Translations under genes and position numbers: made by a program
Assembly (NCBI GenBank): GCA_965206165.1
Contig: OZ242194.1
Location: 367,451-431,450, forward strand
Source of the DNA: Acidimicrobiales bacterium
GTDB lineage: Bacteria; Actinomycetota; Acidimicrobiia; Acidimicrobiales; CATQHL01
DNA length: 64,000 bases
Direction of reading: 5' to 3'
Notes under the pieces: model-generated
What the model saw: the letters and a program-made list of their open reading frames with translations, nothing else
Told to the model about the DNA's origin: nothing
The model's database searches: none
Shown: one piece after another, positions 36,800-46,905 of the stretch
Numbering within the stretch: position 1 is the stretch's first letter
How the letters are laid out: every line of letters begins with the position of its first letter

Positions 36800-37565
36800 G
36801 ATCTCGGTGTCTCGGATGGAATTCCTTGTCTTGCAGGAGCTTGCGGCCGGTCTATCCCAGCGTCGAGGTGCATGCCGCCTTGCGCGGCGAGCATACGCTC
36901 CCGCTCGGTCCGCAGGTAGGGGCAACGTGGGCGTCACAACGATGCGATCGACATGACGTGGGTGCGCATTCCGGGGCCGCCGGCCCCAATGGCGAGGAAC
37001 GATCACAGCGGCACTGAGGTGTAAGTTCAGTTAGTTCTATGATTGTAAGGTCTGCGAATAGAAGTGTCAATCCCCGCGGGTCCGCGGTGACTCCTAGACC
37101 TGGTGGCTGTAGGCGCACCGGCGCTGAAGCGCACACCTCGATCCCACCGTCGGCGGCGCTAGCGGCTGAGGGATGCGTCCCTGACGGGGTCCGCCGAGGA
37201 GGCGTTGTCGGGGGTGGGAATGACCTGCATCGGCGAGTTGGCGACATCGACGTCGTCGATCGCCAGCCAGGCCGAGACCACCCGGCGGCCAGCGCCCCGG
37301 CCAGCAGGTCGTCGAAGTAGCGATGGTGGTCAGGCCGTCTATGTCGATACCGGAGCGGCGGCATGTTCTGCGTCGGTGGGGATGAGGAGTCTGGGGTCGG
37401 TGCGCGGAAGAACCGCCCGCGCTGCTGGCTGCGGAGCAGCCGCGATGACAGCGAGTGAACCGATACCTCGCCGTGAGGTGCTGTTCGGTGTCCTCGTGCT
37501 CGCCAACGAGGTCCGCTCGATGGATGACGAGGCTCACAGCTAGGCGACAACCGGCGGGGTCGCTT

Positions 37566-39770
37566 CTACCCCCGCCGGCGGGAGCGGTGCCAGAGGCGGC
37601 GGCGTTTGGGGGGCGGGACGGCATGCGGCTCGGGCGGGGCTTGGCCGTCGGGGCCGGCAAGTTCCGCGGTCCAGTCGGTGAGGAATTGTTCGAGCTCGCT
37701 GTGGTGGAGGACTGTGTGGCCGCTGCTGCGGGCGTCGTCGTCGAGGATGGTGGAGGGCACCTCCTCCCAGTGGAAGGCGCCGCGCCCGTACTGGTCGATC
37801 CGCTCACGCACGATGACGCGTCGGCCGTCGAGCCACCATCCCTGGGGTCTGTCGGAGCCCGGGTCGATCCGTGCGTCGGGGCGCAGTAGGTAGCGGAGCT
37901 TGGCCTGTAGGCCCCGGTAGCGGCGCTGGGCGTACTGCTCCCAGGTTTGGGGAGCCGCCCAGGGCCGGGGGCGGAGTTGCGCCTCGGGCGGCGCCAGCGT
38001 GTCGGGTGGCTGCAGGGTGTCGGGCAGCGTCAGGGCCTCGCTCAGTGCACTGGAGGACAGCGCGAGGTAGTCGGCGGGCAGGGGGTCGTCGGCGAGCGCG
38101 TCGAGGACGGTGTCGAGGTAGCGCTTGTAGAGGTGCCCGGAGAGCCGGTCGGTGACAGCGCGTATCCGGTCGTCCTGTTGTTGGCGGATGGCGTGCTTGT
38201 AGACGGGCAGCGCGGTGTCGGTGTAGATCAGCAGCGCCCGTTTGACGATCTCGTCGGGGAAGCCGTGTTCCTGGCGGTTCATCGACAGGACGAAGGCGGG
38301 GTACTCGTCGAGTCCGGGGGGTGTCTCGTCCTTGATGAAGTCCTTGCCGGTGCGTCCCATGCTGCGGGTGCTCACGTCGTCGAAGAAGACGGGGCAGCGC
38401 TTCGCCGAGTGGGTGATCTCCAGCAGTGCGGCGGTCTTGAAGTTGGCCTTCGGCTGGCACGGCCCGAGTGGGTCGGCGGGGAACATGGAGCGCAGCAGGG
38501 TAGCGATGAGGCTGCTCTTGCCGCAGTTGGCCTTGCCGTAGACGATGGCGACGCGCTCGTAGCGGATGACGTCGCGGTTGCGAAGGGCGGCCCGGTTGCG
38601 CAACTCGCAGACGAACGGCGCGAAGTACAGCCACGCCCAAAGAGTGAAGTACTGCGCCTTGAGGTCGCTGATCTGCTCGGGGGTGCCGGAGAAGTGGTCG
38701 AAGCCGTCGAAGTACTCCACCATGAGTCGGGCGTCGGCGGCTGCGAGCGCCGGGTCCCAGCGCAGGTCGAAGGGTTTGCCGGCGAAGGCCGCGCTGCGGG
38801 TCACGTGGTCGATGGACAGCGAGGCGGGTTCGCGCTGCTCGGCGGGCCGGAAGCGCAGTGCCTCACGAATGTTGCGCTTGGCGGCGCGGCTGAGGATGTG
38901 CTCGCCCCTGCGGGCGGGCGGCACGTGGGAGCCGATCCGGGTGCGGATGATCTTGGCGTGCCGTTCGATGGTGGCCTGGTCGTCGCGCCCGCTGCGCGGC
39001 GACGCGTCGTCGGCCACGGCAAGGACCGTGTGCGCCTCCTCGTCGCCGAGCAAGGGAGCGTCCTGGATCTCGATGGGGCGGTTGCGTTCCGCGAGCACCT
39101 TCGGATCGATGGCCTGCGATGCCTGGTCACGGACCTCGCGGTACTTGGCGCCGAAGTGCTCCCAGGCGCCGGGATCGTCGTCGTAGGAGGCGATGGTCTC
39201 CTGCTGCCAGCCGCCGAAGGCCTGCTCGGAGAAGTTGGCCGAGCCCATCACGACGCGACGCTGCGGGTCCTGCCCGCCGTCGAGGAGGTACAGCTTGGAG
39301 TGCGAGACCTGCTTGCGCAGCACGCGGAACGCCAGTCGCCCCTCCAGCAGCGCTTCGATGACGGACTCCTCGGTCTTGGAGAGGTCGTCGATGAGAACCT
39401 TGGCGCTGTGCATGGCCGCGTGCTGCGCGGCGAGCACCTTCTCGATGCGATTGATGGTCGCCGTGGTGCCGATGATGCATTCGATCTCGTCGAAATCGAA
39501 GTCGACGATGAGGCGGTTCACGGTGCGCAGGTCGACCGAGTACGTCAGGATCCGACAAGAGGTGAAGCCGGCGAACAGCTGCCAGGTGAACTTCTGATCT
39601 CCGACGAAGCGGGATTGGGCGACGCGCAGGCCCGTGCCGTCGTCGAGCGTCAGGCCAGGCTGGTCAACCACTGCGGGCGCGACCGACGCTCGGAGCGGAG
39701 CGGGTCCAGCGAGCCGGTCGCCAGCGGTGATGCTGGCCGGAGGGGGAATGTTCGGAATCGTGACGGACAT
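37566..39770 (-). CDS. PLD/Nuc-type (single HKD) nuclease domain fused to SF3-helicase-like P-loop NTPase
   Basis: HKD: HSKLYLLDGG...VVMGSANFSEQAF (nt about 39228-39302). Walker A GKANCGKS (38514-38537), Walker B-like VFFDDV (38373-38390) and FVLSMNRQ (motif C-like). RBS GAGGAG before ATG 39770. Confidence 0.75.
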   Translation of the reverse strand: MSVTIPNIPPPASITAGDRLAGPAPLRASVAPAVVDQPGLTLDDGTGLRVAQSRFVGDQKFTWQLFAGFTSCRILTYSVDLRTVNRLIVDFDFDEIECIIGTTATINRIEKVLAAQHAAMHSAKVLIDDLSKTEESVIEALLEGRLAFRVLRKQVSHSKLYLLDGGQDPQRRVVMGSANFSEQAFGGWQQETIASYDDDPGAWEHFGAKYREVRDQASQAIDPKVLAERNRPIEIQDAPLLGDEEAHTVLAVADDASPRSGRDDQATIERHAKIIRTRIGSHVPPARRGEHILSRAAKRNIREALRFRPAEQREPASLSIDHVTRSAAFAGKPFDLRWDPALAAADARLMVEYFDGFDHFSGTPEQISDLKAQYFTLWAWLYFAPFVCELRNRAALRNRDVIRYERVAIVYGKANCGKSSLIATLLRSMFPADPLGPCQPKANFKTAALLEITHSAKRCPVFFDDVSTRSMGRTGKDFIKDETPPGLDEYPAFVLSMNRQEHGFPDEIVKRALLIYTDTALPVYKHAIRQQQDDRIRAVTDRLSGHLYKRYLDTVLDALADDPLPADYLALSSSALSEALTLPDTLQPPDTLAPPEAQLRPRPWAAPQTWEQYAQRRYRGLQAKLRYLLRPDARIDPGSDRPQGWWLDGRRVIVRERIDQYGRGAFHWEEVPSTILDDDARSSGHTVLHHSELEQFLTDWTAELAGPDGQAPPEPHAVPPPKRRRLWHRSRRRG

Positions 39771-40372
39771 CGGCGCTCCTCATGTCGGGATCCGGGCCAA
39801 AGCGGCTGACCATGAACCTAAGACGGGGGTGTGACACCCCAAGGAGGGCGGGAGTATCGCGGTGTCCACGACGCCAGCCACTGTGCCGACCGCCGGCTCT
39901 GCCCACAGGTCACGCCGGTGTTGCGCGCCCAGCGCGTGGTCTGGTCCGCGAGGCCAGCGGCGGATCATCGTCGACTCCGCCCGCGCCGGCCGCAGTGTCG
40001 CCTCGCCCCGTCCCCGGTGGTCATCTACCGTTCGCTGCGCTCGTCTTCTCACAGTTTGGAGGCCCGACGGTGTTGGTGGACCACCGAGCCTGCCGCACCG
40101 GTGCTGCCAACCCGAGCTGAACACGCACGTGGGTCGGGCGCCGGTGAGAGAGACAATGCCGATCGCGGGACTCCGGGGCAGACCGCGGCTATTTGCGCCC
40201 AGCAGGTGCGTACGATTCCAGCCACCGACGCGGCGGAACTGCGCGCCGGCACGGCTGCTTCGACTACACACCACTGATGTAAGCCCAAGATGCCCACGGG
40301 CAAGCCAGGGCGACATGGAGTCGTCTCGCGGGATACTGCGCGACCACGCCGTTTCGGCTGAAATGAGGACCG

Positions 40373-41923
40373 ATGATCACCGGTGAACTCAGAACCAAGA
40401 TCGACGCTGTCTGGAACGACTTCTGGTCGGGCGGTATCTCCAACCCGCTCGAGGTGATGGAGCAGCTCACGTATCTGCTGTTCATCAAGGCCCTCGACGA
40501 GCGCCAGACGCTCGCTGAGAACAAGGCGAACCGAACCGGCCAGCCGATCGACGAGGTCATCTTTCCCGAGGGTGAAGATTTCCTGCCCGAAGGACTCGTC
40601 CGCAGCCGACCGTACGGCGACCTCCGCTGGTCGAGGTTCAAGCACCTGCCCGCGGCCGACATGTTCGAGGTGGTCGAGAACTACGTCTTCCCGTTCCTGC
40701 ATCAGCGGGCGGACGAGAGCACCCACGCCAAGCACATGCAGGGTGCCCGTCTCACGATCCCCACTCCAGGGCTCCTGCAGAAGGCGGTGGATGGTCTCGA
40801 CGCGATCCCGATGGCAGACCGTGACACCAAGGGTGACGTCTACGAGTACATGCTCTCCAAGATCGCCACCGCGGGGCAGAACGGCCAGTTCCGGACGCCA
40901 CGGCACATCATCCGGCTGATGGTTGAGATGATGGCTCCCCAGCCGGACGACGTGATCTGTGATCCCGCGAGCGGAACGTGTGGGTTCCTGGTGGCGGCAG
41001 GCGAGTACATCCGCAATCACCATCCGAGCGCACTCACCGACTCAGCGAAGGCACGGCACTTCCACAACGGACTGTTCTCCGGCTACGACTTTGACAACAC
41101 GATGCTACGGATCGGGTCGATGAACATGCAGTTGCACGGCGTGCAGAACCCCAACATCAGCTATCGGGATTCTCTGGCCGAGGACCACGCCGGTGGCACC
41201 GAGGCCTACAGCCTGATCCTCGCCAACCCGCCCTTCGCCGGCTCGCTCGACTACGAGAGCACAGCCAAAGACCTCCTCCAGGTTGTGAAGACCAGGAAAA
41301 CCGAGCTGTTGTTCCTAGCGTTATTCCTGCGGCTCGTCAAACCCGGTGGCAGAGCAGCGGTAGTCGTCCCCGAGGGGGTGTTGTTCGGATCATCCAAGGC
41401 CCACCGCGAGTTGCGCCGCATCCTAGTGGACGATCAGAGGATCGACGGTATCGTCTCGCTGCCAGCTGGAGTGTTCAAGCCCTACTCCGGGGTCTCCACG
41501 GCGATTCTCTTGTTCACCAAGACTAACTCTGGCGGCACCGACTACGTCTGGTTCTACGACCTTGAGGCCGACGGATATAGTCTTGACGACAAGCGAGCGG
41601 CACTGCTCGATCATGCCAAGCTCGGTTGTTCTGCAGTGGCGCTTACAGATAGCGACCGCGCTAAGAATAATCTCCCCGACGCGCTTGACCGCTGGAAGAA
41701 GCGGAACACTTATGAGCGCGATCGCACTCGAATCAACCAGTCCTTTTGCGTTTCCAAAGCTGACATCGTGCGCAATAGCTATGACCTCAGTATCAAGCGC
41801 TACAAGGAAGCTGTTGTCGAAGCGATGGCCTACCCCCAACCAATGGCACTCGTTGCTGAACTCGAAGCACTTGAGATCACGATTGTTCAAGGTATCGCCG
41901 ATCTAAGGGCGATGTTGACATGA
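40373..41923 (+). CDS. hsdM: Type I restriction-modification system, methyltransferase subunit
   Basis: N-terminal HsdM domain (IDAVWNDFWSGGISNPLEVMEQLTYLLFIK), motif I DPASGTCGFL and motif IV NPPFAGS. Confidence 0.95.
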   Translation: MITGELRTKIDAVWNDFWSGGISNPLEVMEQLTYLLFIKALDERQTLAENKANRTGQPIDEVIFPEGEDFLPEGLVRSRPYGDLRWSRFKHLPAADMFEVVENYVFPFLHQRADESTHAKHMQGARLTIPTPGLLQKAVDGLDAIPMADRDTKGDVYEYMLSKIATAGQNGQFRTPRHIIRLMVEMMAPQPDDVICDPASGTCGFLVAAGEYIRNHHPSALTDSAKARHFHNGLFSGYDFDNTMLRIGSMNMQLHGVQNPNISYRDSLAEDHAGGTEAYSLILANPPFAGSLDYESTAKDLLQVVKTRKTELLFLALFLRLVKPGGRAAVVVPEGVLFGSSKAHRELRRILVDDQRIDGIVSLPAGVFKPYSGVSTAILLFTKTNSGGTDYVWFYDLEADGYSLDDKRAALLDHAKLGCSAVALTDSDRAKNNLPDALDRWKKRNTYERDRTRINQSFCVSKADIVRNSYDLSIKRYKEAVVEAMAYPQPMALVAELEALEITIVQGIADLRAMLT

Positions 41924-43122
41924 GTCCGCTCATTGCGGTCAATCAGTTGGCTACCCAGGTACGCGGAGTCTCATACAAGAAGGCGGAGGCTTCACTGACA
42001 CCAGCACCTGAGTTGATTGGTGTGGTCCGCGCGGGCAATATTGTCGATGGCGAGCTAACGACAAGCGCCCTTGTTTATGTACCGGCCGCGAGGGCAAAGG
42101 CAAGCCAATTGTTGAGAAAGGGCGATGTTCTGATTGCCACCTCAAGTGGCAGTCTTGACGTCGTTGGTAAGGCCGCCCGTATCCGCGAAGACGAGAGGGT
42201 GGCGTTTGGAGCGTTTTGTAGAGTGTTGCGGCCCGGTGGACATGTTGATCCAGCTTACTTTGCCCATTATTTCCAGACTGAGAGTTACCGAGCTTACGTG
42301 TCAAGTGTGGCTGCGGGTACTAATATAAACAACCTAAAGAAGGATCATCTCGACGAAATTGCGATTCTTCTGCCACCGATCGAGGAGCAGCGGCGGATCG
42401 CGGCGGTGCTCGACGCGGCTGATGCACTTCGCGCGAAGCGCCGCCAGGCTCTCGCCAAACTCGATTCCTTGAGCGAAGCCATCTTCATCGAGATGTTCGG
42501 TGACCCAGTCACCAATCCTCTGGGATGGCGCAATGACCGTGTACTCGCCGAAGTTGCCGAGGTCCGGTCTGGAATCACGAAGGGACGCAAAACCAGGGGC
42601 GCACCGTTGACCGCCGTGCCATATCTCGCCGTTGTGAATGTCCAAGATGGCTTCATCGCACTCGATCCGCTGAAGTCGATCGACGCTACTGCCGCGGAAG
42701 TCAAGAAATACGCTTTGCACGTTGACGACATCCTTCTGACAGAGGGCGGTGACCCCGACAAACTTGGTCGAGGTGCTGTGTGGCATGGCCAAGTCGAGCC
42801 GTGTATCCATCAGAATCATGTGTTCCGTGTACGGCTGGCTGATAACGGCATGACGCCTGAGTTCCTGAGTCGTCTTCTCGGAAGTCAGCGCGGCAAGCGG
42901 TATTTCCTCCGCATGGCGAAGCAGACCACGGGGATTGCGTCGATCAACATGACGCAGCTTCGAGCTTTTCCTCTACTCGAGCCGCCGCGAGCAGCCCAGG
43001 ACGAGTTCTGCAAGCGACTTTCCTGGGTACAGGCGGCTGAGGCGACACTCCAGCACTCGGCAGACCAACTCGACGCGCTGTTCGCCTCGCTACAGCAGCG
43101 GGCCTTTCGGGGTGAGTTGTGA
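41920..43122 (+). CDS. hsdS: Type I restriction-modification system, specificity subunit
   Basis: Two target-recognition halves separated by conserved helices (LPPIEEQRRIAAVLDAADALRAKRRQAL ... LDALFASLQQRAFRGEL). 4-nt overlaps with hsdM and hsdR. Visibly A/T-richer. Confidence 0.9.
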   Translation: MSPLIAVNQLATQVRGVSYKKAEASLTPAPELIGVVRAGNIVDGELTTSALVYVPAARAKASQLLRKGDVLIATSSGSLDVVGKAARIREDERVAFGAFCRVLRPGGHVDPAYFAHYFQTESYRAYVSSVAAGTNINNLKKDHLDEIAILLPPIEEQRRIAAVLDAADALRAKRRQALAKLDSLSEAIFIEMFGDPVTNPLGWRNDRVLAEVAEVRSGITKGRKTRGAPLTAVPYLAVVNVQDGFIALDPLKSIDATAAEVKKYALHVDDILLTEGGDPDKLGRGAVWHGQVEPCIHQNHVFRVRLADNGMTPEFLSRLLGSQRGKRYFLRMAKQTTGIASINMTQLRAFPLLEPPRAAQDEFCKRLSWVQAAEATLQHSADQLDALFASLQQRAFRGEL

Positions 43123-46100
43123 GCGGATCGCAGTTTTCGTTCCTGGAGGCGGAGTTTTCGGCGGAGTTCGAGATGGCGTCTTGGGCGGAGCGACACGCCT
43201 TGTCGGATCCGGGCCCGGCTGTGATCTATGCGCGGAAGTGCTTGGAATCTGGGGTCAGGTGGGCGTACCGGCACGACCGGGCGCTTCCGCTGCCGTATGA
43301 GGAGAACCTCAATGCGTACCTGAGCGAGCCGGCGTTCAAGGCTCTGGCCGGAGGTCGGGTCTTCGACGTGGCGAGGAAGATCCAGCGAGCTGGGAATCGG
43401 GCGGTGCACGAGTCGAAGCCGCCGTCGAAGTTGGAGGCGGTCGAGATTCTCTCGGCGCTGTTCCAGTTCTGCTTCTGGTTGGCGTTCACCTACGGCCGAT
43501 CGGCGAAGCCCGACCGCTCGGCGAAGTTCGATCCGCACAGGCTGATGGACGCAGGCAAGGCTGCGCAGACCTCGCTGAACGAACGCAGGGACCTTGAGGA
43601 GCGGCTGGGGCGGGAGGCCGAGGAGAATCTCCTGGCCCGTCGGAGGTTGGTGGAGGCGACCCGGACCGCCGAAGAGATCGAGGCTGAGCTGGCCAAGTTG
43701 CGGGCCCAGGTGGCGGCGGCGAAAAAGGCGGCCGAGTCGATTCCGATCGAGGCACACGACTGGTCCGAGGCCGACACGCGCCGGTACAAGATCGATGTGC
43801 TGCTGGCCGAAGCGGGCTGGACCGACTTCGTCGATGGTCGCGACATCGAATACGAGGTGCACGGGATGCCCTCCGACTCGGGAGTCGGCTACGTCGACTA
43901 CGTCCTGTGGGGTGAGGACGGGAAGCCGTTGGCGGTGGTGGAGGCGAAGAAGACCCTGGTCGACCCTCGGGTGGGTGAACAGCAGGCCAAGCTCTACGCC
44001 GATTGCCTCGCTGCTGCGACCGGTCAGCGGCCGGTCGTGTACTACAGCAACGGCTACGAGCACTGGCTGTGGGATGACACCCAGTACCCGGCACGACAGG
44101 TGCAGGGCTTCTACACCCGCGACGAACTCGCCTTGCTCATCCAACGACGCAAGACCCGGCAGCTGCTGTCGTCGCTGGACATCGAGGATCGGATCGTGGA
44201 TCGCCACTACCAGCAGCGAGCGATCCGGGCCATCACCGAGCACTTCGAGACCGATAAGCAACGCAAGGCGCTGGTGGTGATGGCCACTGGTGCGGGCAAG
44301 ACCCGTGCCGTGATCGCTCTAGCGGATCTGCTGATGCGGGCCGGTTGGGTCAAGCGGGTGTTGTTCCTGGCGGATCGTACGGCGCTGGTGCACCAGGCGG
44401 TGAACGCGTTCAAGGCTCACCTGCCGGATTCGGGGCCGGTGAACCTGGTGACCGAGGGCCACGAAGACGGTCGGGTGTACGTCTCGACCTATCAGACGAT
44501 GGTAGGCAAGATCGACGAGTACCGGGCCGATGGCACCCGCCGGTTCGGTGTCGGGCACTTCGATCTGGTGGTGATCGACGAGGCTCACCGGTCGGTGTAC
44601 CGCAAGTACCGGGGCATCTTCGACTACTTCGACTCGCTGCTGGTGGGGCTGACCGCCACCCCGAAGGACGAGGTCGACAAGAACACCTACGACCTGTTCG
44701 ACCTCGAGACCGGCGTGCCCACCGACGCCTACTCGCTCGATGAGGCCATCAAGGACGGCTACCTCGTCCCGCCCCGGGGCGTGTCTGTGTCGTTGAAGTT
44801 CGTGCGCGAGGGAATCCGCTACGGCGACCTGACCGAAGACGAGAAGGACGAGTGGGACGAACTCGACTGGGGCGAGGACGACGACGGCAAGCCGATCGAT
44901 CCGCCCGACGAGGTCAACCCCGATCAGTTGAACAAGTGGCTGTTCAACGAGGACACCGTCGACCGGGTCCTTGAACACCTCATGACCGAAGGGATCAGGG
45001 TGGCCGGCGGCGACCGGCTCGGCAAGACGATCATCTTTGCCAAGAACCAGCTCCACGCCGACTACATCAAGACGCGGTTCGACGCGAACTATCCGGCGCT
45101 GGATGCCGGGAACTTCGCTCGGGTGATCACCTACCAGGTGAACTACGGGCAGAGCCTGATCGACGACTTCTCGAACAAGCACAAAGCACCCCACATAGCG
45201 ATCAGCGTCGACATGCTCGATACCGGCATCGACATCCCCGAGATCGTCAACCTGGTGTACTTCAAGCTGGTTCGCTCCAAAACCAAGTTCTGGCAGATGC
45301 TCGGCCGCGGCACCCGGCTGTGCGAGAACCTGTTCCGGCCCGGTGACGACAAGGCCAACTTCAAGGTGTTCGACTTCTGTCAGAACCTCGAGTACTTCAG
45401 CCAGCCACTCGCCCCGGCCGAGCCGTCCGGCGGCATACCGCTCGGCGAGGCACTCTTCGCTGCCCGTCTCGAACTGCTCGACGTGCTTGGGGGGATGGAG
45501 GCCCTCGGTGACGCACGGGCAAGTGTCGCTACCACCTTGTGCGAGACCGTTGCGTCGATGAACGAGAACAACTTCCTGGTACGCCCCCACCTGGAGCTGG
45601 TCGAACGCTTCCGCGCTCCCAAAGCGTGGGAAACGATCACTCTCGAAGACCTGGCAGCGCTCAAGAGCCGGGTCGCGAAGCTGCCCGACCAGCTCGACGC
45701 CGACAACGAGGACGCCAAGCGCTTCGACGTCGTGATGCTCAGTGCCCAACTCGGCCTGCTCCGCCATGAGCCGTTCGAGCGGCAACGCAAGCGCATCATC
45801 GCCGTCGCGTCCGCGCTCGAAGACCTCGGCGCCACTATCCCTGCCGTCGCCGAGCAGATGGAGCTGATCGCCGACATCCAAACCGACGAGTGGTGGGTGG
45901 ACGTCAGCTACCCCATGCTCGAAGACGCTCGCAAGCGGCTGCGCAGCATCGTGCAACTCATCGAGCGCTCCCGCAAGACGCCGCTGTACTCCGACTTTGG
46001 CGACGATCTCGGTGAGAGCACCGAAGTCGAGCTCCCCGGCACCGGGGGCAGTGTTGGCAGCCCCGAGTTCGCGCAGTTCCGCAAGAAGGCCCGGCACTTC

Positions 46101-46535
46101 CTCAAGGAGAATCTCGCTAACGACATCGTGGCCAAGATCCGCAGCGGCGAACCAATCGGCGCCGCCGAGATGGACGAACTCCAGCGGGTGCTCGTTGCCG
46201 CCGGTATCGGCGATACCGAAACCTTCGCCCAGGCCTCAGAACGCGCCGGCAGCTTCGGGCTCTTCGTCCGCTCCCTCGTCGGCCTCGACCGGGCTGCCGC
46301 GAAACGGGCCTTCGCAACGTTCCTCGACGACAAGCGCTACAGCCGCAACCAGCTCACCTTCGTCAACCTGGTCATCGACTACCTCACCGAGCACGGCACC
46401 ATCGACCCCGCCCGTGTCTACGACTCACCGTTCACCAGCGTCGCACCGGAAGGTCCCGAGGTCATCTTCGTCAAGGACGATCTAGACGACTTCTTCGAAA
46501 TCGTGCGACAGCTTCACGACGCAGCCATCGCGTGA
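43119..46535 (+). CDS. hsdR: Type I restriction endonuclease subunit R (EcoEI-like, with DUF4145-like N-terminus)
   Basis: HsdR_N block EADTRRYKIDVLLAEAGW, Walker A MATGAGKT, DEAH box VIDEAHRS and a long C-terminal EcoEI_R_C-like region. Confidence 0.9.
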   Translation: MSGSQFSFLEAEFSAEFEMASWAERHALSDPGPAVIYARKCLESGVRWAYRHDRALPLPYEENLNAYLSEPAFKALAGGRVFDVARKIQRAGNRAVHESKPPSKLEAVEILSALFQFCFWLAFTYGRSAKPDRSAKFDPHRLMDAGKAAQTSLNERRDLEERLGREAEENLLARRRLVEATRTAEEIEAELAKLRAQVAAAKKAAESIPIEAHDWSEADTRRYKIDVLLAEAGWTDFVDGRDIEYEVHGMPSDSGVGYVDYVLWGEDGKPLAVVEAKKTLVDPRVGEQQAKLYADCLAAATGQRPVVYYSNGYEHWLWDDTQYPARQVQGFYTRDELALLIQRRKTRQLLSSLDIEDRIVDRHYQQRAIRAITEHFETDKQRKALVVMATGAGKTRAVIALADLLMRAGWVKRVLFLADRTALVHQAVNAFKAHLPDSGPVNLVTEGHEDGRVYVSTYQTMVGKIDEYRADGTRRFGVGHFDLVVIDEAHRSVYRKYRGIFDYFDSLLVGLTATPKDEVDKNTYDLFDLETGVPTDAYSLDEAIKDGYLVPPRGVSVSLKFVREGIRYGDLTEDEKDEWDELDWGEDDDGKPIDPPDEVNPDQLNKWLFNEDTVDRVLEHLMTEGIRVAGGDRLGKTIIFAKNQLHADYIKTRFDANYPALDAGNFARVITYQVNYGQSLIDDFSNKHKAPHIAISVDMLDTGIDIPEIVNLVYFKLVRSKTKFWQMLGRGTRLCENLFRPGDDKANFKVFDFCQNLEYFSQPLAPAEPSGGIPLGEALFAARLELLDVLGGMEALGDARASVATTLCETVASMNENNFLVRPHLELVERFRAPKAWETITLEDLAALKSRVAKLPDQLDADNEDAKRFDVVMLSAQLGLLRHEPFERQRKRIIAVASALEDLGATIPAVAEQMELIADIQTDEWWVDVSYPMLEDARKRLRSIVQLIERSRKTPLYSDFGDDLGESTEVELPGTGGSVGSPEFAQFRKKARHFLKENLANDIVAKIRSGEPIGAAEMDELQRVLVAAGIGDTETFAQASERAGSFGLFVRSLVGLDRAAAKRAFATFLDDKRYSRNQLTFVNLVIDYLTEHGTIDPARVYDSPFTSVAPEGPEVIFVKDDLDDFFEIVRQLHDAAIA

Positions 46536-46905
46536 TCAAATCAATTGGTCAATTCCGGATTTCATGCGGTCGAGATTTACAATTGCGGCAGGCAACGACG
46601 CGGGCTCCGGGACTCGAGCAAGTGGCAGCTTGGTGCGCTGTGGCCACCGCGGCGCAGACGACGATAGGGATATTCGCATACGTCCGCTCAGGGCGAACTC
46701 TCCCGGTCGTCGTAGTTAGCGGGCCACTGCCAGGAACGGCATCCGATCCCACAACCCCAGAACATAATGACCTCAGCGGCCGAGGGCGGACACCGACTGG
46801 CGTTCGGCAGAGGAGACACGCCTACACGTTGTTGCCGACGAACCATGGAAGCTGAGCTGCCCGCGCACCGATGTTCGGAACGGTCCCCGCGACGAGATGC
46901 CACGA

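Noticed and set aside
39780-40386. ORFs of 112-178 aa on both strands in the hsdM upstream gap.
   Set aside because: They are Arg/Pro/Ser-rich and mutually overlapping, with no motifs or RBSs. The region is treated as non-coding.
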